A DNA stretch of 64,000 nucleotides from Squalus acanthias (Eukaryota), in assembly GCA_030390025.1 (NCBI GenBank), contig CM059431.1:97838001-97902000 (forward strand). Direction: 5' to 3'. The position numbers and the translations under genes are program-made. The notes under the pieces were generated by a model, which worked only from the letters and a program-made list of their open reading frames with translations, was not told the DNA's origin and searched no databases. Position 1 is the stretch's first letter; each line of letters opens with the position of its first letter. Positions 13,235 to 26,137 of the stretch are shown here, in pieces.

Positions 13235-13815
13235 TCGAGTTGGCTTTTATCTCAACAGGGCTGGAATACAATGGGGTGGAAGTTGTGTTACAGTTGTACA
13301 GAGCTCTGGTCAAACCCCATCTGGACACTGCAGGGGGGGCAGCGCAGATTCACCAGAATGATACCTGGACTAAAAGGGTTAAATTACGAGGACAGGTTGC
13401 ACAGACTGGCTTGTATTCCCTTGAGTGTAGAAGATTAAGGGGTGATCTAATTGAGGTGCTGAAGATGATTAAAGGAGTTGATGGGGTAGAGAGAGAGAAA
13501 CTATTTCCTCTGGTGGGGGGAGTCCAGAACAAGGGGGCATCACCTTAAAATTTGAGCCAGGCCGTTCAGGGGTGATGTCAGGAAGCACTTCTTCACACAA
13601 AGGGTGGTGGAAATCTGGAACTCTCTGCCCCAAAAATCTGTTGAGGCTGGGGGTCAATTGGAGCTTTCAAGACTGAGGGCGATAGATTTTTGTTGGGTAA
13701 GGGTATGGAGGGTTACAAAACCAAAGCGGGTAGATGGAGATGAGATACAGATCAGCCATGATCTAATTGAGTGGTGGAACAGGCTCGAGGGGCTGAATGG
13801 CCTCCCCCTGTTCCT
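13235..13815 (+). mobile_element. CR1 3' fragment
   Basis: QLYRALVKPHL...RRLRGDLIEV...WNSLPQ, then the 3' UTR hairpin tail. Confidence 0.85.
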
Positions 13816-14506
13816 GTGGGAGGTAGCGGTGTCCGGGGGGATGTTGGTGCGGTGGGGGGACGGGGGTGGCGATGGTTGTTGCCCGCATTGTTCGAATGTG
13901 GGATCAGGACTCCCGCTCCTCCTAGTTCCTCATTCAGGTACTTTAAACACTTACTGGTTGCAGCCGTCCCTTTACGGGACCCCCCTGTTGGGCCGAGTTT
14001 TCCCCGAGTGTAACCGGATGTCTCAGGGCGACCCAGTCCTGTAATGGGGCCTCAATCAGCTGTCAGGCTTGTAATGAGCTTCCTGCCCTCTAATACTGGA
14101 GGCCCCCAAAAAACAGTCTCTGCTCGGGCAAATCTCTGGGCCAGTAAATGTTAATTAGAAAACTGCAGTTAAATTAGCAGGTGGGGAACATTGTTAGCAC
14201 TTGCCAATTTTTAAAAAGGGTCCACTTTGGCACTGCAACAGTAATGAACGTACTGCTGACATCACAGCAGGTGCGTGTTACCGTGAGACACTCGGCAGCT
14301 GCAGCTTCACTGGGGCAAGAGAAGCAATTGATGCCTCTCCTCCTCCTCCACCCCCAGCCTCGATCCACCCCATCCGCCCCCGCCCGCAACCCAGGCAGCT
14401 CCGAGCTCTGTCGGGTGCAAGGTTCAGAATATCAGCACCACACGACTCGCCTGTTGCTAGACTCACGTCACCACAAGAACCTTCGGTCAGGACTGCTAAC
14501 CCTCAC

Positions 14507-14615
14507 CTTTGTATTCTGCAGTATCTTCTCATCTCTTCCCAAGCCCGGCCCGATCACCAGTGTGTGAAGAGCAGGTAACCATTTCTCCACGTCCTCAACA
14601 GCACTGCAGTGATCT
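14507..14615 (-). CDS. NAXD: NAXD coding exon ([36 protein letters not shown])
   Basis: 109 bp, ttcag/gtgagg boundaries, GPGLGR motif of the YjeF-C/NnrD family. Confidence 0.95.
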
Positions 14616-15537
14616 CTGAAAAAAGCAAACCAGATTTACAAACAGAACACGGTGCAACTCAGCACTCGCACAGGCTCCATCCGAAACCCAGGCACTCCAA
14701 ACAGTTCCCGTGCACGCTGCTCAATGCTGGATTGTTCGCCTCAGAAATCTGCCTCAGCGAGTTCGTCGCTGGTTTGGAACCAACATTTGCCAAACGCGAA
14801 CGCCTGGTCTCGGGTCTCGCTGGCTGTCGACAGAATGAGCACTGAACAGGGGTGAGAAATCGCCATCCAAGAAGCGAGATAAATCAGTAACTGCTCCGTA
14901 AACACCGCACCCCCCCCGCACCCAGCACCCCCTGCACCCAGCCCCCCCCCCCCGCACCCAGCCCCCCCCCGCACCCAGCCCTCCCTGCACCCAGCCCCCA
15001 CACACCCGCACACAGCCTCCGCGCCCCCACCGCACCCAGCCCCACACAGACTCTGCGCCCCCCACCCCCCCAGAAACATGCCATTCGGCCCAACCAGTCC
15101 GTGTCGGCATTTACACGCCACACGAGCATATAATCACATTTATCCGCCCTGTTCCCATATCTCTTCATCCCCTCTTCCTTCCAATCTAAACCTATGCCTG
15201 GTTCGGCCCTAAACCTCTCCAGTCTAATCTCGAGTGTTGACACTGTTTCTGCCTCAATCACTGACCCAGGGAGTGAATCCACAGCCTCTGAACTCTCTGT
15301 GTGAAGAGGTTTCTCCTGCCCTCTGTCCTAAATCTCTGACATTTAATCTTGTATCTGTGGCCCCTCACTCTAGACCCTCAACTACTGGGAACAGTCGGCT
15401 TCTATCCACCCTGCCCCGTCCTACCATCATTTTAAACCCTTCTATTGTCTCGCCCTGTAATCTGCGTCGTGCTAACTCGGTGCCGTGTTCTGCCTGTTGC
15501 ACAGGGCTGGACTCCCAACCTCGCAAAGTGAACTTAC

Positions 15538-15626
15538 AGGACGGGATGAACAATGATATCTGGGCTGTAGGATTTAATAACCGGAGCGGCATCTTTAGCG
15601 CAGAACACGTGAGAGAGGTCCGCACC
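15538..15626 (-). CDS. NAXD: NAXD coding exon ([30 protein letters not shown])
   Basis: 89 bp, gcag/gtaagt boundaries, GADLSHVFC motif. Confidence 0.95.
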
Positions 15627-16391
15627 CTGCAAAGACAAACCAAAGATTAACACGTTACACACACACCTCGCCCACATTGACACCTACTGTATCTGGCAGG
15701 ACAGGGAACCACAACTCAGACAGCTGTGGTGACACTGGCAACGCCACACTTACTGCCCAGCCCTGGTTGCCCCGAGGGCTCGGAGAACCAACCGTGTGGT
15801 GTGGGACTGGAGTCACGTGCAGGCCCAGACCGGGTACGGTGGCAGTTTCCCTTCCCGGACGAATCTAACAACTTCTAGGGGCCCTTTTTCTGTATAAGTT
15901 GGGTCAAAATCCTGGAACTCCCTCCCTAACAGCACTGTGGGAGTACCTTCACCATACGGACTGCAGCGGTTCAAGGCGGCGGCTCACCACCACCTTCTCA
16001 AGGGCAACTAGGGATGGGGTATAAATGCCGGCCTTGCCAGCGATGCCCACATCCCGTAAAAACGAATAAAATAAAAAATAAATGAAAGGTCTTTCTTTAA
16101 TTTGGATTCCACGGTGAGCAGACTCAACACAACGTGTGCAACACAAAGACACCGAACTGCTTCCTCTTCTCTGTATATCTTCACCGTGCAACACCAGACC
16201 AATCTTCCTGAACGACTTTGCCTTTCAGCTGGTTAAAGCCAGCACTCGGTTCTATCGCTGCGGTCTAAAGTGCTGCTGTAAACTACAAGTGTAGGTGCGC
16301 CAGGTATATAAACCCAGCGTAAAGTGTGAGGAGTTTTTTTTTTAAACATACATCTATAAATAGCATTCTTCCACCTCGGGCGAGTACCTAC

Positions 16392-16437
16392 CACTTTAAG
16401 CCCCGCGATTGCTGCAAAGTATGGAGCACCCGTATAC
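16392..16437 (-). CDS. NAXD: NAXD coding exon (YTGAPYFAAIAGLKV)
   Basis: 46 bp, AG/GT bounded, contains the YTGAPYFAA motif. Confidence 0.95.
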
Positions 16438-16990
16438 CTGGAAACCAGAAAAATGTTAAAACTGGTCAGAATTTATTGAAACACAGCACTTAGTGACAAA
16501 CTCTATTTAATTTTCCCAATTAATATTTATTTGACCCACAATTTTATTTTCTGTGCGAGTATTTTTAAATTGAAAATACAATTAAGTGATGCCGAGCAGA
16601 CATTGCAAGTTGGGAGTGGATGGCAAGCTGGTCTAAGTCAGTCCCCTCTCCCTCCCGCGCCCTCCGTCCCCGTCTCTCGCCCCCCCCGTCCGTTTGTTTG
16701 TTTCCCGCCCCATCCGTCCCTCTCCCGCCCCGTCCCTCTCTCCCCTCCCTCCCTCTCTCCTCTGAATCACTTGGATTAGCTGTTGTTGCTCGTGCTGTGT
16801 AAATGCAGCTTGGTGCTTTTACTGTCAGACAGAGCTTCCCCGAGGCTCTAACACAAACTGCCTGGGACGTGTCTGCAAAGTCCCAGGACATCGGTTTTCT
16901 GCCACGAGTGATTTCAGTGACAGCCAAAAATTAGCTTCCAAAAAGACGAGATACAGAAGGTAACGGTGACTGGACCTGCACTGCACTTAC

Positions 16991-17141
16991 TCAGAGGATC
17001 CCCCGATGATCCCTATCTTTCCATCTTGTCCTTTATGCTTCTCCGCAATTAAAGGAGGAACAATATTCTTGACCAGCTGAAGGTTCAGTTCCATACTTCC
17101 CGCAGGCCTGTGGCTGTGAAATGTAAAGGCTCTGTACAGAA
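16991..17141 (-). CDS. NAXD: NAXD (CARKD, ATP-dependent NAD(P)HX dehydratase) coding exon equivalent to human exon 2
   Basis: Encodes VLYRAFTFHSHRPAGSMELNLQLVKNIVPPLIAEKHKGQDGKIGIIGGSSE, matching the NAXD KHKGQDG motif. Acceptor tttcag, donor gtaagt; 151 bp with phase compatible with the next exon. Confidence 0.95.
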
Positions 17142-17259
17142 CTGAAACACAGGAAGAAAAACAACATAACCTGTAACATAACCCAAAAGGTGCAGCATTT
17201 ACACACACACTCCCAACGCTCACTGGCCTTTTCCAACAGAATCTAGAAACAAGGGAAAG

Positions 17260-18765
17260 TGTCAGCCGTGGCTCATTGGGTAGCACTCTCGCCTCGGAGT
17301 CAGAAAGTTGTGGGTTCAAGCCTCGCTCCAGAAGCTTCAGCACAAAATCCAGGCCGACACTCCCAGTGCAGTACTGAGGGAGCGCTGCACTGTCGGAGGG
17401 GCAGCACTGAGGGAGTGCTGCACTGTCGGAGGGGCAGTACTGAGGGAGTGCCGCACTGTCGGAGGGGCAGCACTGAGGGAGCGTCGCACTGTCGGAGGGG
17501 CAGTACTGAGGGAGCGCCGCACTGTCGGAGGGGCAGTACTGAGGGAGTGCCGCACTGTCGGAGGGGCAGTACTGAGGGAGTGCCGCACTGTCGGAGGGGC
17601 AGTACTGAGGGAGTGCTGCACTGTCGGAGGGGCAGTACTGAGGGAGTGCCGCACTGTCGGAGGGGCAGTACTGAGGGAGTGCCGCACTGTCGGAGGGGCA
17701 GTACTGAGGCAGTGCTGCACTGTCGGAGGGGCAGTACTGAGGGAACACCGCACTGTCGGAGGAGCAGTACTGAGGGAGCGCCACACTGTCGGAGGAGCAG
17801 TACTGAGGGAGCGCCGCTCTGTCGGAGGAGCAGTACTGAGGGAGCGCCGCACTGTCGGAGGGGCAGTACTGAGGGAGTGCCGCACTGTTGGAGGGGCAGT
17901 ACTGAGGGAGTGCTGCACTGTCGGAGGGGCAGTACTGAGGGAGCGCTGCACTGCACTGTCGGAGGAGCAGTACTGAGGGAGCGCCGCACTGTCGGAGGGG
18001 CAGTACTGAGGGAGCGCCGCACTGTCGGAGGGGCAGTACTGAGGGAGTGCCGCACTGTCGGAGGGGCAGTACTGAGGGAGCGCTGCACTGCACTGTCGGA
18101 GGGGCAGTACTGAGGGAGCGCTGTACTGTCGGAGGGGCGGTACTGAGGGAACGCCACACTGTTGGAGGGGCAGTACTGAGGGAACGCCACACTGTCGGAG
18201 GGGCGGTACTGAGGGAGCGCTGCACTGTCGGAGGGGCACTACTGAGGGAGCGCTGCACCGTCAGAGGGGCAGTACTGAGGGAGCGCTGCACTGTCGGAGG
18301 GGCAGTACTGAGGGAGCGCTGCACCGTCGGAGGGGCAGTACTGAGGGAGCGCTGCACCGTCAGAGGGGCAGTACTGAGGGAGCGCTGCACTGTCGGAGGG
18401 GTAGTACGGAGGGAGTGCTGCACTGTCGGAGGGGCAGTACTGAGGGAGGAGTGCTGCACTGTCGGAGGGGCAGTACTGAGGGAGCGCCGCACTGTCGGAG
18501 GGGCAGTACTGAGGGAGCGCAGCACTGTTGGAGGTGCCGTCTTTCGGATGAGATGTTAAACCAAGTCTGCTCTCTCGGGTGGATGTAAAATATCCCACCG
18601 CCACTATTTGGAAGAAGAGCAGGGGAAGTTCTCCCCAGCGTCCTGGGGCCAATATTTATCCCTCAATCAACACCATGAAAAACTGATGATGTGGTCATTT
18701 ATCACTTTGCTGTTTGTGGGATCTTGCTGTGTACAGATGTTGCACATTGCAGCAGTGACTCTGAC
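17260..18765 (+). mobile_element. SINE with ~35-unit 33-bp array (~17368-18533)
   Basis: Complete tRNA-like head (gtggctcattggg; gggttcaagcc), array, body. Confidence 0.9.
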
Positions 18766-18779
18766 TCTGTGGCTCCCTC

Positions 18780-19279
18780 NNNNNNNNNNNNNNNNNNNNN
18801 NNNNNNNNNNNNNNNNNNNNNNNNNNNNNNNNNNNNNNNNNNNNNNNNNNNNNNNNNNNNNNNNNNNNNNNNNNNNNNNNNNNNNNNNNNNNNNNNNNNN
18901 NNNNNNNNNNNNNNNNNNNNNNNNNNNNNNNNNNNNNNNNNNNNNNNNNNNNNNNNNNNNNNNNNNNNNNNNNNNNNNNNNNNNNNNNNNNNNNNNNNNN
19001 NNNNNNNNNNNNNNNNNNNNNNNNNNNNNNNNNNNNNNNNNNNNNNNNNNNNNNNNNNNNNNNNNNNNNNNNNNNNNNNNNNNNNNNNNNNNNNNNNNNN
19101 NNNNNNNNNNNNNNNNNNNNNNNNNNNNNNNNNNNNNNNNNNNNNNNNNNNNNNNNNNNNNNNNNNNNNNNNNNNNNNNNNNNNNNNNNNNNNNNNNNNN
19201 NNNNNNNNNNNNNNNNNNNNNNNNNNNNNNNNNNNNNNNNNNNNNNNNNNNNNNNNNNNNNNNNNNNNNNNNNNNNNNN
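18780..19279. other. Assembly gap (500 N)
   Basis: Run of N; the round length suggests a placeholder of unknown true size. Confidence 0.99.
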
Positions 19280-20356
19280 GGGGTTAGAGAGAGAGATAGA
19301 GACGGGTTAGAGAGAGAGAGAGAGACTGGGGTTAGAGAGAGAGAGAGAGAGAGACTGGGGTTATAGAGAGAGAGAGAGAGAGAGAGAGAGACTGGGGTTA
19401 GAGAGAGAGAGAGAGAGACTGGGGTTAGAGAGAGAGAGAGAGACTGGGGTTAGAGAGAGAGAGAGAGACTGGGGTTAGAGAGAGAGAGAGAGAGACTGGG
19501 GTTAGAGAGAGAGAGAGAGACTGGGGTTAGAGAGAGAGAGAGAGAGAGACTGGGGTTAGAGAGAGAGAGAGACTGGGGTTAGAGAGAGAGTGAGAGAGAG
19601 ACTGGGGTTAGAGAGAGAGAGAGAGAGACTGGGGTTAGTGAGAGAGAGAGACTGGGGCGAGAGAGAGAGAGAGAGAGACTGGGGCTAGAGATAGAGAGAT
19701 TGGGGTTAGAGAGAGAGAGAGAGACTGGGGCTAGATTGAGAGAGAGAGAGAGAGACTGGGGCTAGAGAGAGAGAGAGAGACTGGGGTTAGAGAGAGAGAG
19801 AGAGACTGGGGTTAGAGAGAGAGAGAGAGAGAGAGAGACTGGGGTTAGAGAGAGAGAGAGAGACTGGGGTTTGAGAGAGAGAGAGAGGGGTTTGAGAGAG
19901 AGAGAGACTGGGGTTAGAGAGAGAGAGAGAGAGACTGGGGTTAGAGAGAGAGAGACTGGGGTTAGAGAGAGAGAGACTGGGGTTAGAGAGAGAGAGAGAG
20001 GGGTTAGAGAGAGAGAGACTGGGGTTAGAGAGAGAGAGAGAGACTGGGGTTAGAGAGAGAGAGAGAGAGAGAGACTGGGGTTAGAGAGAGAGAGAGAGAG
20101 ACTGGGGTTAGAGAGAGAGAGAGAGACTGGGGTTAGAGAGAGAGAGAGAGAGACTGGGGTTAGAGAGAGAGAGAGAGAGAGAGAGAGACTGGGGTTAGAG
20201 AGAGAGAGAGACGGGTTAGAGAGAGAGAGAGAGAGACTGGGGTTAGAGAGAGAGAGAGAGAGACTGGGGTTAGAGAGAGAGAGACTGGGGTTAGAGAGAG
20301 AGAGAGAGAGACTGGGGTTAGAGAGAGAGAGAGAGAGACTGGGGTTAGAGAGAGAG
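19280..20356. repeat. Compound repeat (GA)n-CTGGGGTTA
   Basis: About 40 units of variable length. Confidence 0.97.
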
Positions 20357-20586
20357 GGAGTGAGTGTGGGTCTGGGGGAGTGAGAGAGGAGCTGGGCTTT
20401 GAGCCCAACTTGGAATTGGGAAATCATCAAGGACTAGTTCTCGGGTTGGTTAGTCAACAGTGAGCTGATGGGATGGAATTAAGGTTTTTTCTTGTTGTAA
20501 GCAAGTTGCCTCTGAGTTTTTCGATGAAGTTGCCCCAGTTAAAGCGTCTCTCCAGCAGCTGTTTGGTTGCATGCTCTGTTGAGGTG

Positions 20587-20990
20587 CTAGCCTGGCTCAG
20601 TGGGTAGCACACTCTGCCAAGTCAGAAGGTTGTGGGTTCGTGCCCCACTCCAGGATTTGAGGAGGTGGTGCTCTCTGTGCACCGGGGGAGTGCTGCACTG
20701 TTGACGATGCTGTCTTGAGGATGAGATGTTAAACCGAGGCCTTGGGCAGGTGCATGTAAAAGATCTCATGGTGCTACTGAAAGAAGAGCAGTGAGCTCTC
20801 CCTGTGTCCTCCCTCAACCAGAACCACCAAAAGATTAACTGGGTGTTCATCTGGTGCTGTTTGTGGGCACTTGTGTATATTCGCGATCTTGTGTACAAAT
20901 TGGTTGCTGTTTTTCTCTACATTTTAAGTAATTGAATGTGAAATGCTTTGGGATGAGCTCTAGATATGACGAAGTGCTGGATAATTCGAT
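20587..20990 (+). mobile_element. Diverged SINE of the same family with a single, unexpanded unit
   Basis: Head ctggctcagtgggtagcac...gggttcgtgcccc; one unit gtgcaccgggggagtgctgcactgttg; body. Confidence 0.8.
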
Positions 20991-21034
20991 CTAACTTTCC
21001 TCCCATTTTTCTACTTTTCCATCTTTTTAATTTG

Positions 21035-23862
21035 GTCTCTCGCCTCCGAGTCAGAAGGTCGTGGGTTCAAGTCCCACTACAGAGACTTGACCACAAAAAT
21101 CTAGGCTGACACTCCAATGCAGTACTGAGGGAGCGCTGCACAGTCGGAGGGGCAGTACTGAGGGAGTGCCGCAGTGTCGGAGGGGCAGTACTGAGGGAGC
21201 CCCACACTGTCGGAGGGGCAGTACTGAGGGAGTGCCGCAGTGTCGGAGGGGCAGTACTGAGGGAGTGCCGCAGTGTCGGAGGGGCAGTACTGAGGGAGCA
21301 CTGCACTGTCGGAGGGTCAGTACTGAGGGAGCGCAGCACTGTCGGAGGGACAGTACTGAGGGAGCCCTCCGCTGCACTGTAGGAGGGGCAGTACTGAGGG
21401 AGCGCAGCACTGTCGGAGGGGCAGTACTGAGGGGGCACTGCACTGTCGGAGGGGCAGTACTGAGGGAGCGCTGCACTGTCGGAGGGGCAGTACTGAGGGG
21501 GCACTGCACTGTCGGAGGGGCAGTACTGAGGGAGCGCTGCACTGTAGGAGGGGCAGTACTGAGGGAGCGCAGCACTGTCGGAGGGGCAGTACTGAGGGAG
21601 TGCCGCACTGTCGGAGGGGCAGTACTGAGGGAGCGCTGCACTGTAGGAGGGGCAGTACTGAGGGAGCGCCGCACTGTAGGAGGGGCAGTACTGAGGGAGC
21701 GCTGCACTGTAGGAGGCGCAGTACTGAGGGAGCGCTGCACTGTAGGAGGGGCAGTACTGAGGGAGTGCTGCACTGTTGAATCATAGAATCATAGAAGATA
21801 GGAGCAGGAGTATGCCATTCGGCCCCTTTAGCCTGCTCCGCCATTCAATGCAATCATGGCTGATCATCCAAATTCAGTACCCTGTCCCTGCTTTCTCCCC
21901 ATATCCCTTGATCCCTTTAGCCTTAAGAAATATATCCAACTCCTTCTTGAATCTATTTAATGAATTGGCCTCTGCTGCCTTCTGTGGCAGAGAATTCCAC
22001 AGGTTCACCACTCTCTGGGTGAAGAAATTCCTCCTCATTTTTGTCCTAAATGGCTTACCCCTTATCCTTAGATTGTGACCCCTGGTTCTGGACTCCCCGA
22101 CCATCGGGAACATCCTTCCTGCATCTAGTTTGTCCTGTCAATTTTATAAGTTTCAATGAGATCCCCTCTCATTCTTCTAAACTCCAGCGAGTATAAGCCC
22201 AATCAAACCAATCTCTCTTCATACGTCATTCCTGCCATCCCAGGTATCAGCCTTGTGAATCTTCGCTGCACTCCCTCCATGGCAAGAACATCCTTCCTCA
22301 GATAAGGTGACCAAAACTGCACACAGTACTCAAGGTGTGGTCTCACCAAGGCCCTGTACAACTGCAGCAAGACATCCTTGTTCCTGTACTCAAACCTTCT
22401 CGCTATGAAGGCCATCATACCATTTGCCTTCTTAACCGCCTGCTGTACCTGCATGCTTACCTTCAGCGACTGGTGCACAAGGACACCCAGGTCTCGTTGC
22501 ACTTCCCCTTCTCCCAATCTATTGCCATTCAGATAATAATCTGTCTTTCTGTTTTTGACACCAAAGTGGATAACCTCGCATTTATCCACATTATACTGCA
22601 TCTGCCATGCTTCTGCCCAATCACCCAACCTGTCCAAATCATCCTGGAGTTTCTCGGCATCCTCCTCGCAGCACACACGCCCACCCAGCTTTGTGTCGTT
22701 GGCAAACTTGGAGATATTACATCTAGTTCCCTTGTCTAGATCATTAATATATATTGTGACTAGCAGGGGTCCTAGGACCGATCCCTGCGGTACCACACTA
22801 GTCACTGCCTGCCACTCGGAAAAAGACCCATTTATTCCTACTCTTTGCTTTCTGTCCACCAACCAGTTCTCTATCCAAGTCAATACCTTGCCCCCAATCC
22901 CTTGTGCCTTAACTTTACACGCTAATCTCTTATGCGGGACCTTATCAAAAGCCTTTTGGAAGTCCAAATACACCACATCCACTGGTTCTCCCTTATCTAT
23001 TTTACCAGTTACATCTTCAAAAAATTCCAGTAGATTAGTCAAGCATGATTTACCTTTTGTAAATCGATGTTGACTTTTCCGATCCTGTCACTGTTTTCCA
23101 AGTGCTCAGCTATTACATCTTTTATAATGGACTCTAGCATTTTCCCCACTACCGATGTCAGGCTTAATTAATTCCCCGTTTTCTCTCTACCACCCTTTTT
23201 GAATAGTGGGGTAACATTAGCTACCCTCCAATCCATGGGTACTGTTCCAGATTCCATCGCATGTTGGAAGATGATCAGCAATGCATCTACTATTTCTGGG
23301 GCCACTTCCTTAAGTACCCTAGGATGTAGATTATCAGGCTCTGGGGATTTATCGGCCTTCAATTTCCCTAACACCATTTCCCTACAAATACTGATTTCTT
23401 TCAGTTCCTCCCTTTCATCAGACCCTATGTTCCCCAACATCTCTGGGAGGTTATTTGTGTCCTCCTTTGTGAAGACAGAACCAAAATATGTATTTAATTG
23501 GCCTGACATTTCTTTGTTCCCCATTATAAGTTCCCCTGAGGTGCCATCTTTCGGATGAGATGTTAAACCGAGGACCCGTCTGCGCTCTCAGGTGGACGTA
23601 AAAGATCCCACGGCACTACTTCGAAGAGGAGCAGGGGAGTTATCCCCGGTGTCCTGGCAAATACTTATCCCTCAATCAACATCACAAAACAAACAGATTA
23701 TCTGATCATCATCACATTGCTGTTTGTGGGATCTTGCTGTGTGCAAATTGGCTGCCACGTTTCCTAAATTACAACAGTGACTACACTTCAAAAATACTTT
23801 ATTGGCTGTAAAGCACTTTGGGACATCCGGTGGTCGTGAAAGGCACTATATAAATGCCAGTT
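21035..23862 (+). mobile_element. SINE with ~20-unit array, split by a CR1 insertion
   Basis: Head and array 21035-21777; body resumes gaggtgccatctttcggatgag at ~23538. Confidence 0.88.
21778..23537 (-). mobile_element. CR1-type LINE, 1.76 kb, 5'-truncated
   Basis: Minus-strand RT motifs [31 protein letters not shown]; (ATTCTATG)n tail at the left end. Confidence 0.95.
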
Positions 23863-23867
23863 CTTTT

Positions 23868-25000
23868 TTATTTGCGCACAGCAAGCTCCCACAAACAACA
23901 ATGTGATCATGACCAGATAATCTGTTTGTGATGTTGATTGAGGGATAAATATTGGCCCCAGGACACCAGGGTGAACTCTCCTGCTCTTCTTCAAAATAAT
24001 GACATGGGATCTTTTACATCCACCTGAGAGAGCAGACGAGGCCTCGGTTTAACGTCTCATCCGAAAGACGGCACCTCCGACAGTGCAGCACTCCCTCAGT
24101 AGTGCCCCTCCGACAGTGCGGCGCTCGCTCAGTACTGCCCCCCGACAGTGCGGCGCTCGCTCAGTACTGCCCCCCGACAGTGCGGCGCTCCCTCAGTACT
24201 GCCCCTCCGACAGTGCGGCGCTCCCTCAGTACTGCCCCTCCGACAGTGCGGCGCTTCCTCATTACAGCCCCTCCGACAGTGCAGCACTCCCTCAGTACTG
24301 CCCCTCCGACAGTGCGGCGCTCCCTCAGTACTGCCACTCCGACAGTGCGGCGCTCCCTCAGTACTGCCCCTCCGACAGTGCGGCGCTCCCTCAGTACAGC
24401 CCCTCCGACAGTGCAGCGCTCCCTCAGAACTGCTCCTCCGATAGTGCAGCGCTCCCTCAGTACTGCCCCTCCGACTGTGCAGCGCTCCCTCAGTACTGCC
24501 CCTCTGACAATGCAGCGCTCCCTCAGTACTGCCCCTCCGACAGTGCAGCGCTCCCTCAGTACAGCCCCTCCGACAGTGCAGCGCTCCCTCAGTACTGCCC
24601 CTCCGACAGTGCAGCGCTCCCTCAGTACTGCCCCTCCGACAGTGCGGCGCTCCCTCAGTACTGCCCCTCCGACAGTGCGGCGCTCCCTCAGTACTGCCCC
24701 TCCGACAGTGCAGCGCTCCCTCAGTACTGCCCCTCCGACAGTGCAGCGCTCCCTCAGTACTGCCCCTCCGACAGTGCAGCGCTCCCTCAGTACTGCCCAT
24801 CCGACAGTGCGGCGCTCGCTCAGTACTGCCCCTCCGACAGTGCGGCTCTCCCTCAGTACTGCCCCTCCGACAGTGCAGCACTCCCTCAGTACTGTACTGG
24901 AGTGCCAGCCTAGATTTTTGTGCTCGAGTCTCTGGTGTGGGGCTTGAACCCACAACCTTCTGACTCCGAGGCGAGAGTGCGACCCACTGAGCCACGGCTT
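23868..25000 (-). mobile_element. Minus-strand SINE with ~25-unit array (~24074-24896)
   Basis: Reverse complement of head, array and body; tail-to-tail with the preceding SINE. Confidence 0.9.
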
Positions 25001-26137
25001 ACACTGACGCAGATTCTGAGCTGGGAGCTGGAGTGTGGAATCTGCTAACCGACACATTTGGTTTGTCACATATTGGTGTGAGCTGGAGGGGGGCCATAAT
25101 ACTTTAAATTCACCCCTCCCCGTTCCCATCCCCATCCTCATCCGCCTCCAATTGCCTGTCAGGCACATTTAGCGGGGCGCAGTGTACTGCATGTCGAACC
25201 TGGTGCTCGGATGGTGTGCTAATCTATGCTGCCTATTTAGTTTGGATTTAAGGAGAACGCTGTCTTTTGTGTGCTATCCCTGTAACCTCCTCCCAGATCT
25301 CTGCGCTCCTCCAATTCTGGCCTCTTGTGCTTCCCTGATTATAATCGCTCCACCATTGGCGGCCGTGCCTTCTGTTGCCTGGGCCCTGAGCTCTGGAATT
25401 CCCTCCATAAACCTCTCTACCTCTCTCTCCTTTAAGACGCTCCTTAAAACCTACCTCTTTGACCAACCTTTTGGTCACCTGTCCTAATATCTTATGTGGC
25501 TCCGTGTCAGATTTTATTTGATAATCGTTCCTGTGAAGCACCTTGGGACGTTTTACTACGTTAAAGCCGCTGTATAAATACAAGCTGTTGTTCACATAGA
25601 TAAACAATTGGCTCCCACCTCCGACAGTGGAATTGTAGACCCAACACGCTGATCCAAATCAAAGGCGTGTCCAAGGTAACAGCCTCAAGACGCCGTCCCA
25701 CAGAAATCATTGACACCTGCCTGCCATGCTTAAACAATGCAATCTTTTGTTTGTCTTCCAAATAGTTGCCTCGTCCATTTAATACACTAACCCAGCAGAG
25801 AAAAGCGCAGCAAATCATCGAGTTACACAGAGTGTCCGGCCCCGAGTGTCCGGCCCCGGGTGTCCGGCACAGAAATAGGCCATTCGGCCCAACTGGTCCG
25901 TGCCGGTGTTTATGCTCCACACGAGCCTCCTCCCACCCCTCTTCATCTCACCCTATCAGCATAACCTTCTATTCCTTTCTCCCTTGTGTTTATCCAGCTT
26001 CCCCTTAAATGTATCTATACTATTCTCCTCAACTAGTCCCTGTGGTAGCGAGTTCCATATTCTCACCACACTCTGGGTAAAGAAATTTCTCCTGAATTCC
26101 CTATTGGATTTATTGGTGACTATCTTATATTAATGGC

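Noticed and set aside
13040..14142. GC-rich segments around the 13.2-13.8 kb CR1 as a CpG-island promoter or a TIR element
   Set aside because: Mid-intron position; the ends (ggccgagatattcc / ggcaaatctctgggcc) are only loosely inverted, so neither call is supportable.
17260..17335. tRNA genes at SINE heads (also 32693, 53790, 55815)
   Set aside because: A/B boxes run straight into the SINE body; these are tRNA-derived SINE heads.
18608..19366. ORFs spanning the X run
   Set aside because: Artefact of the N gap.
19280..20356. Telomere-like GGGTTA motifs
   Set aside because: Single GGGGTTA motifs separated by (GA)n, not a (TTAGGG)n array.
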